A stretch of DNA of 64,000 nucleotides. Source: Podarcis melisellensis. Lineage: Eukaryota. The notes below the pieces were generated by a model, which was not told where the DNA came from, made no database searches, and saw only the letters and a list, made by a program, of their open reading frames with translations. Below, piece by piece: positions 1 through 12,113 of this stretch. Position 1 is the stretch's first letter; each line of letters opens with the position of its first letter. Both the position numbers and the translations under genes were made by a program. The stretch lies in NCBI GenBank assembly GCA_964234715.1, contig OZ174285.1; one strand, given 5' to 3'.

Positions 1-1366
1 CATGGACCAGAGCACGCCAGGCACTCCTGACTTCCACTGCCTCCCGCAGTTTGGTCAAACTCATGCTGGTAGCTTTGAGAACACTATCCAACCATCTCGT
101 CCTCTGTCGTCCCCTTCTCCTTGTGCACTCCATCTTTCCAAACATCAGGGTCTTTTCCAGGGAGTCTTCTCTTCTCATGAGGTGGCCAAAGTATTGGAGC
201 CTCAGCTTCACGAACTGTCCTTCCAGTGAGCACTCAGGGCTGATTTGCTTAAGAATGGATGCGTTTGATCTTCTTGCAGTCCATGGGACTCTCAAGAGTC
301 TCCTCCAGCACCATAATTCAAAAGCATCAATTCTTCGGCGATCAGCCTTCTTGATGGTCCAGCTCTCACTTCCATATATCACTACTGGGAAAACCATGGC
401 TTTAACTATACGGACCGTTGTTGGCAAGGTGATGTCTCTGCTTTTCAAGACGCTGTCTAGGTTTGCCATCACCTTTCTCCCAAGGAGCAGGCGTCTTTTA
501 ATTTCGTGACTGCTGTCACCATCTGCAGTGATCATGGAGCCCAAGAAAGTAAAATTACTCACTGCCTCCATTTCTTCCCCTTCTATTTGCCAGGAGGTGA
601 TGGGCCCAGTGGCCATGATCTTCGTTTTTTTGATGTTGGGCTTCAGACCATATTTTGCGCTCTCCTCTTTCACCCTCATTAAAAGGTTCTTTAATTCCTC
701 CTCACTTTCTGCTATCAAGGTTGTGTCATCTGCATATCTGAGGTTGTTGATTTTTCTTCCGGCAATCTTAATTCCGGCTTCGGATTCATCCAGCCCAGCC
801 TTTCGCATGATGAAATCTGCATATAAGTTAAATAAGCAGGGAGACAATATACAGCCTTGTCGTACTCCTTTCCCAATTTTGAACCAATCAGTTGTTCCAT
901 ATCCAGTTCTAACTGTAGCTTCTTGTCCCACATAGAGATTTCTCAGGAGACAGATGAGGTGATCGGGCACTCCCATTTCTTTAAGAGCTTGCCATAGTTT
1001 GCTGTGGTCGACACAGTCAAAGGCTTTTGCATAGTCAATGAAGCAGAAGTAGATGTCTTTCTGGAACTCTCTAGCTTTCTCCATAATCCAGCGCATGTTT
1101 GCAATTTGGTCTCTGGTTCCTCTGCCTCTTCTAAATCCAGCTTGCACTTCTGGGAGTTCTCGGTCCACATACTGCTTAAGCCTGCCTTGTAGAATTTTAA
1201 GCATAACCTTGCTAGCGTGTGAAATGAGTGCAATTGTGCGGTAGTTGCAGCATTCTTTGGCACTGCCCTTCTTTAGGATTGGGATGTAGACTGATCTTCT
1301 CCAATCCTCTGGCCACTGCTGAGTTTTCCAAATTTGCTGGCATATTGAGTGTAGCACCTTAACAGC
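1..1366 (-). mobile_element. RTE-clade (BovB-like) LINE, 5'-truncated, RT domain and C-terminus; continues past the window edge
   Basis: Minus frame reads NYRTIALISHASK, QAGFRRGRGTRDQI, FIDYAKAFDCVDH, GVRQGCILSP.LFNLY, NLRYADDTTL, YGSESWT, FELWCWRRLLRVPWT. Confidence 0.93.
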
Positions 1367-1964
1367 TAGCACAGTTTATCTCTCCCTAAATGAACTTCTG
1401 ACTACTTCTAGGTGTTGGAATCTTCTGGTAATTGCAAGTGTTACATAAACAAAGCCAATGGTTTTCTAGCAACATTCCATGACAGTTTCACATTTACTGC
1501 AGGATAATTTAAAGTATGCTCTTAATTCTTCAGTTGAAAAGTATGCCTGAAGGGGGCAGCCTTTCCCAAAACATCTCCAAAATAATAAGATGCCGCAAAT
1601 GTCTATAGAAAGAGAGAAATGGTTTGTCCTCTCTATTCTGTTTTGTTGTCAAATAATATGTCAATGGAGAGAAATGTTCTACATATATATATGATGATGA
1701 TGATGATAAGCTATTAATATTCATTACATTTATGAGTTGCTTTACATTGGAACAGTCTCAAAGCAACTAGAACAGAAATTCAAACTAATAAAAACCAAAC
1801 AACAATGTTTACAAACTGTAATGTACATTAAAAGTGCTCATCCAACAGTAATAAGAAAGGATAATTACCACAAAATCAACAGAATGGCAACTGAAATGAA
1901 AGCAGTAACAAAACCTCTCATATGATTTTCTTCTAGAAAGAGAACTATAATCAAAGTAGACTTT

Positions 1965-2262
1965 TAAAAATAGAATGGGGGGGGGGAATTATTGACTATT
2001 TGAAGACATATTGTAAACAAATTAAAACATTAGCAGGACTGATATAAACATGTGCAGTAAGAGACAATTAAGGGGAAGATTTGGGAAAATTTGTTAATAT
2101 ATTTGAATTGGAAATGCCGTAATAAAAATATATGAAATAAGTAACTGCAGCAAGCAGCAGAGGGAAGTCGAGGGGAAGGTAATTTAGATTTGTAAAGATT
2201 TTGTTTTTCTTGTCAAAATATTTGTAAAATCTGAAAATGAAAAATAAAATTATTATTTTTGA
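1965..2262 (+). mobile_element. Probable L1-like LINE 3' end remnant
   Basis: Degenerate 'EW...IDYLKTYCKQIKTLAGL*' followed by an A/T-rich 3' UTR with AATAAA. Confidence 0.4.
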
Positions 2263-2604
2263 AAAAAACCAAAGAGGTAGACTCTTGCCTGTGAATATGT
2301 TGCAGTAATAAACAAGTTAGCTTTTACTGCAAGGCACCACAAACTAACATAGCTGCTCTTTAGGAAATGGTAAAATGTTTAACCAGAAAGTAACTGAACA
2401 CCAAAGTATGTTCTAAACCTTTAGATAGCAACCATGTTCTTTTCTTTAAAATTCACCACAAAATCAAAATCACCGCTTGTCAGTAGCAGTGACATTCATA
2501 TACGCTAGCTCAGTATTTGCTACATCCAGGTAAAAAATAGAGAAATAGAAAACACTATGTATGTTGTGATTATATGTTACTTGTTGATCTTTTGAGAGTT
2601 TATA

Positions 2605-2675
2605 CAGTGGTACCTTGGTTTACGAACTTAATTCATTCCGGAAGTCCGTTCTTAAACCAAAGTGTTTTTAAACCA
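2605..2675. mobile_element. Partial Tc1/mariner-type MITE (one TIR)
   Basis: TA-CAGTGGTACCT terminus, same as the elements at 3722 and 51577; second end missing. Confidence 0.6.
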
Positions 2676-2943
2676 ATCAGATATGGAGTCGCATCAGTGT
2701 TAGCTCACTGAAATCAATGAGCTTAATTGTGGCCTTACCATGGTATCTGCTCAGTTTTGGATCATAACATATTGAGCAGATCTGTTGACTTGCAAAATTT
2801 TATATTGCATTATCATCTACTGACCCCTTTAAAATACAGATTTTTATTTTCTACCTGTGTAAGTTACAACCTGCAGAAAGCACTAGCAAATAATAGTTAA
2901 ATAATCCTCTTTTAATACATCTTTTAACCAGCTTTCAAAATTA

Positions 2944-3171
<228 letters not shown>

Positions 3172-3721
3172 TTATTTGTAATTAATATATGAATAGACCT
3201 CAGCATATAATATTGAAACACTGATGCTTACCTTTAAAGCCCTATATAGTTTGTGACTCAGGTATCTGAATGGTTCTTTCTCTTGTTAAATGTCATTCAG
3301 AAAGCCTTTCTCTGGCAGTGTCAAATCTTAAGCAGATGACTACTGAAGGGACGGCCTTTTTGGTTGTGGTGCCTATGGAACGCTCTCTCCAAAGAGAAAC
3401 AGAAAAAGCTACACGCAGCCTGTTATTTCAGCTACATATTTATTTATAATTTGGATGGCTCCAGACTAAGCCTGTCAGGCGTAAATCCCACCGAAATTAA
3501 TAGGACAAGTTAGTCAGCATGCGTTTTAATCTAGTTTTTAGCTTATCGTTTCTTATTTTCTTGTAAATAATCTTATTATTTCATTCTGTCAGAAATCTGC
3601 TTTGAGCTTTTATTTCAATGAAACAGTACACCAGTTCTGTGAAAAATAAACAAACGAATGAATAATATCTAGCTGGCAGAGCTGCAGTGGTTCCTGCAGT
3701 GGATGCCACTGCTTTCTGGTA

Positions 3722-3958
3722 CAGTGGTACCTCGGGTTACAAACACCTCAGGTTACAAACACTTTGGGTTACAGACTCCGCTAACCCGGAAGTCGTACCC
3801 CAGGTTAAGAACTTTACGTCAGGATGAGAACAGAAATCGCACGGCGGCAGCAGCAGTGGGAGGCCCCATTAGCTAAACTGGTACCTCAGGTTAAGAACAG
3901 TTTCAGGTTAAGAACGGACCTCTGGAATGAATTAAGTTCTTAACCAGAGGTACCACTG
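3722..3958. mobile_element. Tc1/mariner(pogo/Tigger)-type MITE
   Basis: TIRs CAGTGGTACCTC...GAGGTACCACTG with TA on both sides; internal GGTTAAG/GGTTAC repeats. Confidence 0.88.
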
Positions 3959-4071
3959 TACTGGGATAGGGTGGGACAGTGTGAAATCGCAAGTGGCCTT
4001 ATTCCAAGTGGCCTTATTCCACCCCAGCAAATGCAACACTGCCATTGCCAGGAGGAGACTGCGCCCACATA

Positions 4072-4449
4072 AGGTAAAGGTAAAGGACCCCTGGACGGTT
4101 AAATCCAGTCAAAGGCAACTATGGAGTTGTGACACTCATCTTGCTTTCTGGTCAAGGAGCCGGCGTTTGTCCACAGATAACTTTCCAAGTCATGTGGCCA
4201 GCAGGACTAAGCCACTTCTGGCACAACGGGACACCTTGACGGAAGCCACAGCGCACGGAAACACTGTTTACCTTCCCACCTCAGAGGTACCTATTTATCT
4301 ACTTGCACTGGCCTGCTTTTGAACTGCTAGGTTGGCAGGAGCTGGGACAGAACAATGGGAGCTCACCCCGTCATGGGGATTCGAACCGCTGACCTTCCAA
4401 TCGGCAAGCCCTAGGCTCAGTGGTTTATACCACAGCGCCACCCGCATCT
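4072..4449 (-). mobile_element. Sauria SINE
   Basis: Reverse complement of the copies at 18351/35806/55283. Has the (ACCTTT)n tail, B-box GGTTCGAATCC and a near-perfect TSD ctgc(g/t)cccacata. Confidence 0.9.
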
Positions 4450-4648
4450 CTGCTCCCACATACAGCCCCAGCAGCTGCTGCTATTGCTAACTAAGATCAC
4501 ATCAATTTCAATGGGACTAAACTATGACTAACTAAATCTGGATCCAAACCAAATTAGTCTATAAAACTTTCATAAGGTTTTTGATATTGCAATATATATA
4601 TATCTGGTCATGATGCTGAGAAAAGGTCTGAAGATGCTGTTGTCTTCA

Positions 4649-4822
<174 letters not shown>

Positions 4823-5365
4823 CTATCTTGTGAAGATTCTGTTTTTATATTTATTTTGCCTTTATTCTCATTTAATCAATGTACATCACAACATTAGCTA
4901 ATGTAAAAGTGCCAGAGAGGCAATGCAGAAGTAAAAATCAGGTTGCTGGTACGAATATATTTTCTCCTTTCTAGCAACCGGGCCATGTGTTGAAAAAGAA
5001 AGAATGACATTTAGCATGCTGCTTATGAACAAAGCTGAGATGCAATATTTAATTTACACTCCTTTTATCACAGATGTGCCTTTAAAAGATTCCAATATAT
5101 TCTTGGTTCCTACAAAAGACTCTCAGGACAACAGAATTGCATTCATTTTCCCCCCATGTATAAATCTACACAGGGTTGTATTTTACTCAAAGTAGACCAG
5201 CTGGAATAAATGACCAGGTTGGGTTCATTAACTTCAGTGGGTCTACTCTTGAGTCAAACCATGCTCAGTGTTTCTGTTCCAGCCATCAGACTAAGGCATT
5301 CAAGTGGAAGTTTGCCATGCAATTCTAATCAAAATGCTAAGAAAAAGTGCAAGGAGAGAAAACAC

Positions 5366-5367
<2 letters not shown>

Positions 5368-5420
<53 letters not shown>
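5368..5420. repeat. (TTA)n microsatellite forming the 3' tail of the adjacent L2 LINE
   Basis: About 17 perfect TTA units abutting the L2 3' end. Confidence 0.9.
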
Positions 5421-6333
5421 TTATTTATACTCCGCCCTCCCTAGCCCCAAAAACAAGATGAATGATTACAACTTAAAAACAAAAATAAAATACAACATTA
5501 AAATAATGGAACATTAAAATATTAAAATGTAGCCTCATCGCAGGAGGAGAAGGAAAAGAAAAAAGAAAGAGAGGGAGGGAGGGAATCAAATTGGCTCCAA
5601 GCCAAAGGCCAGGCGGAACAACTCTGTCTTACAGGCCCTGCGGAAAGAAATTAGATCCTGCAGGGCCCTGGTCTCAGGAGACAGAGCGTTCCACCAGGCT
5701 GGAGCCAGTGTTGAAAAGGCCCTGGCTCTGGTTGAAGCCAATATAACTTCCTTAGGGCCTGGGACCACTAGGGTGTTGCTATATATGGATGTTAAGGTCC
5801 TCCGGGGGGCATATCGGGTGAGGCTGTCCCGTAGCTACGAGGGTCCTAGGCCGTGAAGGGCTTTAAAGGTCAAAAGCAGCACCTTAAATCTGACCCTGTA
5901 CTCCACCGGGAGCCAGTGCAGCTGGAAAAGCACTGGGTAAATATGCTCCCATGGCAGAGACCCCGTGAGGAGCCTCGCTGCAGCATTCTGTACCCGCTGG
6001 AGTTTCTGGGACAGCTTCAAGGGCAGCCCCGCATAGAGCGAATTACAGTAGTCAAGCCTGGAGATGACCGTCGCATGGATCACTGTGGCCAGGTCGGGGC
6101 GGGAAAGGTAAGGGACCAACTGCTTGATGCGGCGAAGGTGGAAAAATGTCGCCCTGGCTGTTGCTGTAACTTGCGCCTCCATGGAAAGGGAGGCATCAAG
6201 GATTACACCCAAACTCTTAACGGAAGGCAATGGCACTAATTGGGCCCCCGCAAGAGAAGGGAGTTGGTCCCTCATCCCCATGCCATCCCGACCCAGCCAG
6301 AGGACCTCTGTCTTCGAAGGATTTAGTTTCAAT
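5421..6333 (-). mobile_element. L2-clade LINE, 5'-truncated young copy A
   Basis: LKLNPSKTE, VKSLGVILD, SRLDYCNSL, LQRVQNAAARL, LHWLPV, RAFS..AP..WNAL motifs; near-identical to 61160-62325. Confidence 0.9.
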
Positions 6334-7823
6334 ATGTGGCTGGACCCCACTTCATGTTCAGATATCATGTTCCATGACTTCTTTTTTTTAACCAAAAGCA
6401 GGTGAATCTCTGGAGGCTGAATCTTAAATAAAAGACTAGGAGAGGGAAGGAATGGGCTGCTTGACCTTTTGCCCTCTGGCCATTTTCCAACTCAGAATCA
6501 TTCTCCCAGCTGCTTTCTTCTCCCCTTGTGGGAAAAGGTAGGGGCATCTGTATGTTTTTTCTCCACAAGTGGAAAAAGGAGTTTGGGGGGAGGGACTGTT
6601 TTGTGAGGGAAGTGACTGGAAAGGCAAAGGTTAAGCAGTCTCCTTTTCTTAGTGGTCTTCTGCTCAAGATTTCTGCCTCCCGCGGTTACTAAAAACACAC
6701 AAGAAAATATATTTGCAACTGTGCGCCACATACATTTTTTTGCATAGGTTATTAGAAAACTACATCCCTAGACTAGGATCTGAAGATCTGTGTAACTATT
6801 TCCACACACATAAAGGGGAAGTTTTGGACTTTTGTTTCTCGACAAAACAACAACAACCCACACCCAGTCCTCTAGTAATTTGGATCCCAGGTCTACTCTG
6901 AAATCCAGGGATCTTTAATCGTTCAAAAAGTTGTTTGGGGGTGGGGTCCAATAAGGAAGGTTACTGCAGAATTCATTATTGTTGTGCTTCATTCATAATT
7001 GCCCTTTGTGTGGCATCTTCCTAATGTAATCTTTGGCCAGTCACAGTTCATTAAACTCCTTTGAAAAATTCAGGTTACATAAGTGGGTCTCGAGAGAGAA
7101 AATTTGTTCCACTATAGTGAACAGATACAAAATTTCTTACTTCACAAGGCAATGTGCTAAATAAGTCCACAGTATGCTTATACTTTGAACTACCACACTA
7201 GCCTTTAAATGAAGAAGGGAGAAAGTTTTAATAACACTTCCTAGTTTTGTAAATCAGTTTGCACTACCCTGGGAATTTGCTCTGGCTAAAGAGCACATTT
7301 GGGGAACTGTTTGCATTCTGGTGAGAAGTGATACAAATTCCACAGAGAGGAATTTAATGTTTTCATCTCAGTACATGCTACGCTGTTCTATAAACAAGAT
7401 ACATTGGATTCCCCCATCGCTATAAATTGATGTTTTCAAAGGTTGAAAGAAAGGATCAAGTGTGAGATAATGCGTAAATAGGTTTTTAGGAAGAGATCAG
7501 TAGTGGTGACATAATCTTTTAGTGTTGCTTGTTTCTGATTGACAGCATACAGTGTGTAGGTTTCCAAAACCAAATTCTTATCAGATGATAGCACATATTT
7601 GTATACAATTTGAACCATAAGTTGGACAGTGCTGGATTAAAGTATCCCTACAGTTATTTCATGAAGCACACTTTGTCCTTCATCTTCACTCACAAATGAA
7701 GGCAAACATACGCATATTCCCTCGCAACAGAAATCACCCAACCCATAATTCAAAAAGTATATTCATTCAGCATTTAATGCACCACAAAACACAGTAGTGT
7801 GATGAGTATCTACATTTTATTAA

Positions 7824-7852
7824 TAGTAGTAGTAGTAGTAGTAGTAGTAGTG
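7824..7852. repeat. (AGT)n microsatellite
   Basis: About 9 tandem AGT units. Confidence 0.85.
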
Positions 7853-7914
7853 GAGCTCATTTTGAAACATTAAAAATGCATATTATGCATATAATAAATG
7901 GAAAAACAACAACA

Positions 7915-7996
7915 TATCTGAAGAAGTGTGCATGCACATAACAAACTTAGTTGGTCTCTAAGGTGCTACTAGAAGGATTTTTTATATTTTGTTTCA
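7915..7996 (+). mobile_element. Penelope-like element terminal fragment with a broken hammerhead core
   Basis: tatCTGAAGAagtgtgcatgcaca...cttagttggtctctaaggtgctact matches 53609-53700 but lacks the GAAAGCTC segment. Confidence 0.6.
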
Positions 7997-9070
7997 ACCA
8001 CATATGTATAGCATCTTATATGAACTGAATCTATTTGCATAAATTGCAGATTTTACCTCCAAAATAGACAGGAACAGCAGTCCAATCCTTTAACAGTTGC
8101 TTTCCATGTGCAATTAGCATGCAAAATGCATGGATTACTTTTTGAAGTGGGTCATTCATCATAACTGTTGCTTCAACCTGCCGTTAGCTTTTAAAATCTT
8201 TTGTTGCCTCTCAGTAAGTAATTGCTTTGATGGCTATTATAACTGCATTTTGGATTCATTTTTATGTTTGCTGTACATTTTTCTAGCATCCATCGGATGA
8301 AGAGCAGTTTATAAATGTTTTTCTTAATAATTAGAATACTAGGCATGTACGCTGGTATTAATTTCCAAGTCCCAAATAAAAATGTAGTATACAAAGCAGC
8401 CCCCTGTGTTAAAAGGTTTCCCTTGCTTATCTGACTGTTCCAAAATTTACTTTGCCAATGTCTCATCAGTACGACTTTAGGGACAACTAGAAAGCTGGGA
8501 AGAAAGGATTCTTCAGTAACAAATTCCAAAAGAACATTCTCAAAAACTGATAGAACACACTAGCTCTGTAAAGGATTTTGCACACTTTAAGCTTCGCTAG
8601 CAATGCTGCATACAGTGCACAAAAAGAGGAGAGAGATATAAAAATTATGGTGATTTTGCTTTTGCTAAATTTGTGACTTTACCATAGCTTTGCTCCCAGG
8701 TGTTTAACTATTTCCCCCATTGCTCAGTGAAAGGTTTTTACAACAATGGAGGAAAAGACTTAATTGGCAATGTCAGCCAACAGAGCAAATTGCTCCACAC
8801 AGTGTGCTGTCAAAATAAACAAACATCATTTTCACACAGCCTCTCCCTAGGGTTGTCAATGTTTTCTTTTCCCAGACAGACTGACGTTATTTCAAATATT
8901 TATGCCCTTGACAAAAATAATTTATAATGCCTCCTGCCAATACGTAGTGTCGTATTTTTTATTTTTTTATAAACTACATTTTCATTTACGAATAATTTGA
9001 ACTGCTCAAAATAAACAATTACCAGTTTGCAATGGGCAGCATCTAAAAACATTAATCAACATGAAGGCAC

Positions 9071-9199
9071 CATTGGCATAGCCAAGCGGGGCAGGGGGCA
9101 GCTGTCCCCCTTAGATCAAGTAAAACAATAGAAATACCTAAGTAACTAACCAATCACATCAGTTCTGCCCCCCCAACAAAAATCCTGGCTATGCCCATG
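9071..9199. mobile_element. hAT-type MITE
   Basis: TIRs CAT(T/G)GGCATAGCCA; perfect 8-bp TSD GAAGGCAC (9063-9070, 9200-9207). Confidence 0.85.
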
Positions 9200-9938
9200 G
9201 AAGGCACAGCAGAAAAATGAGAGTAAAATTAGGGTTCTCCGCTCACTGGCATGATGGAAATCTACTTGCGCAGTAAGACTTCTTCCCACTGCCCCACCCC
9301 AGTCACCCATACTTTGCCAAAATGTGGCTGGGGGTATCTCCCAGCACTCTAGAGTACAGGAAGCACCTAACCCCTCAAACACTTGTGCAAGCAGATCTCA
9401 CCCTGTTTTTAGCGGGGAGAAATTAGGGATTGAAAGAGGTAGGGAAGCGCGTCTTCCAGAGTTTTCCACTGCTTGGTGTCCTCCAAATATTTTGGAATAC
9501 AATTCCCAGCAGACCCAGGTAGCACAAGTCTCACAGCTACAGCTCATGGGAGTTGTAAAAGTTCCATAAAACATCCCAGGAAGATCCCAGTCTGGGCAAG
9601 GCTTTTCTACCGCAAAGATCTACTGTTGCATTTACTTAGCTCCATAATTTCAGCTATAAAGCAAGTGTTCCTACGAAGCACAACTTGGTAAAAAAACCAA
9701 AATGCAAAAAACAGTTCTCACCGTGGCCATTTTCATTTTGGCTTTTTGTTTCTGTTGGTGGCCACACTTTAACTATTCTTTGTTTTTTACTTTTTTATGC
9801 TGTTAGCACTTTCAGGGTTGTTCATAGACGAAGCCAATAAAGACGTTGCAAGAAAATAAAACAATAAGTGAAGTAAAATTAATTGAAAACAAGAAGTTGG
9901 CATGCTGGTTAGTGGCAGGCTTGTTGCGGAACCTAGAG

Positions 9939-10277
9939 AAGCGGTCAGCAAACTTTTTCAGCAGGGGGTCAGTCCACTGTCCCTCAGACCTTGTGGGGGC
10001 CGGACTGAGGGACAGTGGACCGAACTATATTTGGGGAGGGGGATGAACAAATTCCTATGCCCCACAAATAACCCAGAGATGCATTTCAAATAAAAGGACA
10101 CATTCTACTCATGTAAAAGCACCAGGCAGGCCCCACAAATAACACAGAGATGCATTTTAAATAAAAGGAAACATTCTACTCATGTAAAAACACGCTGATT
10201 CCTGGATCATCCGCAGGCAGGATTTAGAAGGTGATTGGGCCAGATCCGGGCCCCAGGCCTTAGCTTGCCTACCCATG
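9939..10277. mobile_element. hAT-type MITE with an internal ~62-bp tandem duplication
   Basis: Perfect 8-bp TSD ACCTAGAG (9931-9938, 10278-10285); degenerate TIRs; ccccacaaataac.cagagatgcatt...ctcatgtaaaa occurs twice. Confidence 0.82.
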
Positions 10278-10878
10278 ACCTAGAGGTTTTATTTCTATGC
10301 ACACTGGAACTGTCCAGACCCATAGTTCTTTTTTGAAACAGATGAATACCTCGAACTGTGGGTTGTATGCAACTATGTCATCCCCCTGGCGCAAGGGCTT
10401 CCACCTGTGCAATGGGGCTTCCTTGCCCTTTCCTCTTTCTGCAGCCTCCCCCCATCTGCCCCAGAGAGTTGGGGGGAGCACACAGGGCACACAAGGAAAG
10501 GAGAGGAAGTCTCATTGTACAAGTGGATGTCCTTCCCCCACCAGGATGAAACTATGAACATTTATGTGGGTGTGAAGCCTACTGAACCCAGTGGGACTTA
10601 CACCTGAGTAAGTATGCCACAGATTAACCCTGCAGGAATTTCAAAAGCAGCAGATCACAAGAGGTCTGCTGGGCTAAAGGAGAAGAAAAGGAGCCCAGGA
10701 ATCTAGCTTCACATCCCATTTTCTACCAGTGCCTCACCATCGAGTGCTTCATATAAACACATTTACTCTGTTAATAAACACCGGTGGCCCAATTTTAGCT
10801 CCCAGAAGCAGTTTTTAAAATTTCCAGCATATGAGTGGACAATTTTGGTTAGCTAAAGTGTAGAAGGTTAGCATATCA

Positions 10879-11115
<237 letters not shown>

Positions 11116-11946
11116 TCAGGATAGCTTGTGAGATGCAGTGCAGCAAATTAAGAAGAGTAACAAGCAAAAAGCAGATCTAATGTGTGATAAGGAAGGTCAA
11201 AGCATAAGCACAATATAGTCAGTCTAAACTAAAGAGGTGTACCATGTCACTTTTTAATTAAAGAAAGAAAGCCAGAGAAATTCCACCATAAAGATTTTTT
11301 AAAAATCCTAATTATTGGTTGTATCTGGGCTGGACCAGGGGCTGTGCAATGAGCCGTATATGTACAATGTGGTTTATAACCCATGTTCCTGTAGTCAGGA
11401 GACATTCAGTGGGCAGAAAGTTCTGTTTTGCTGTGCAGAGAAGGACAGAAGGCTAGGCTCTCAGTACTCAGACAGGCCTTGCCACTCCAGAGATTTCAGA
11501 TGATATTGCTTAGGAATTACTTGTCCCACCAACCTGTAGCACCTGTAAATTCACACACCAGTTTTACAACTATATTATAAGAGCAGGGGCACCAGCTCCT
11601 GGGGCCAAGCCCTTTTGCACACACACCCCAATATTTTTGTGGTTTTGGCTGCCCCACCATGTACAAAAAGAGCAAAGGCGAATTGTGGAGCCTAGCATGG
11701 CATGGTTCCAGCGGCCAGCTCCTTCTCCTCTTCCTGCTGCTGTGGAGAAGAGGGTTGAAGCAGCCTCCCACTGGTGGCAGTGCCAGGAGGAGGAGGAGGA
11801 GGAAGCCACTGAAGACACATGGCTGCTGTGTTTAACTCCACCCCCAGCTCCGCATGATGTCAGGACATTGACATCACACATGACATCATGCACACAATGT
11901 TGGCTCCCCCTAATTGCCCCCGCAAGCTGGCACCTCTGCCGATTTA

Positions 11947-12113
11947 CCGTATTTTTCCGTCTCTGAGTCGCCCCCATGTATAAGATGCCTCTTATTTTGG
12001 GGGACTCAGATTTAAGAAAATGGGGGGAGATGTATCCATGTATAAAACGCCCCCTAATTTCTAACATTATTTTTTAGGAGGGAAACCCTAGTCTTATACC
12101 CGAAAAAATACGG
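11947..12113. mobile_element. Tc1/mariner-type MITE (CCGTATTTTT family)
   Basis: TA-CCGTATTTTT...AAAAATACGG-TA termini. Confidence 0.8.

Noticed and set aside
2-1263. Plus-strand and alternate-frame ORFs of 60-152 aa
   Set aside because: They are antisense or off-frame shadows of the BovB-like RT frame.
5210-5461. ORF with a poly-tyrosine tract
   Set aside because: It is a translation of the (TAT)n microsatellite.
5829-5837. Programmed stop-codon readthrough at the shared L2 TAG
   Set aside because: The context TAG-CTA-(C/T) does not match the established UGA-CUAG or UAG-CARYYA motifs; a simple nonsense mutation is more parsimonious.
5853-6405. Plus-strand ORFs repeated at 61631-62253
   Set aside because: Antisense frames of the two L2 copies, not a duplicated host gene.
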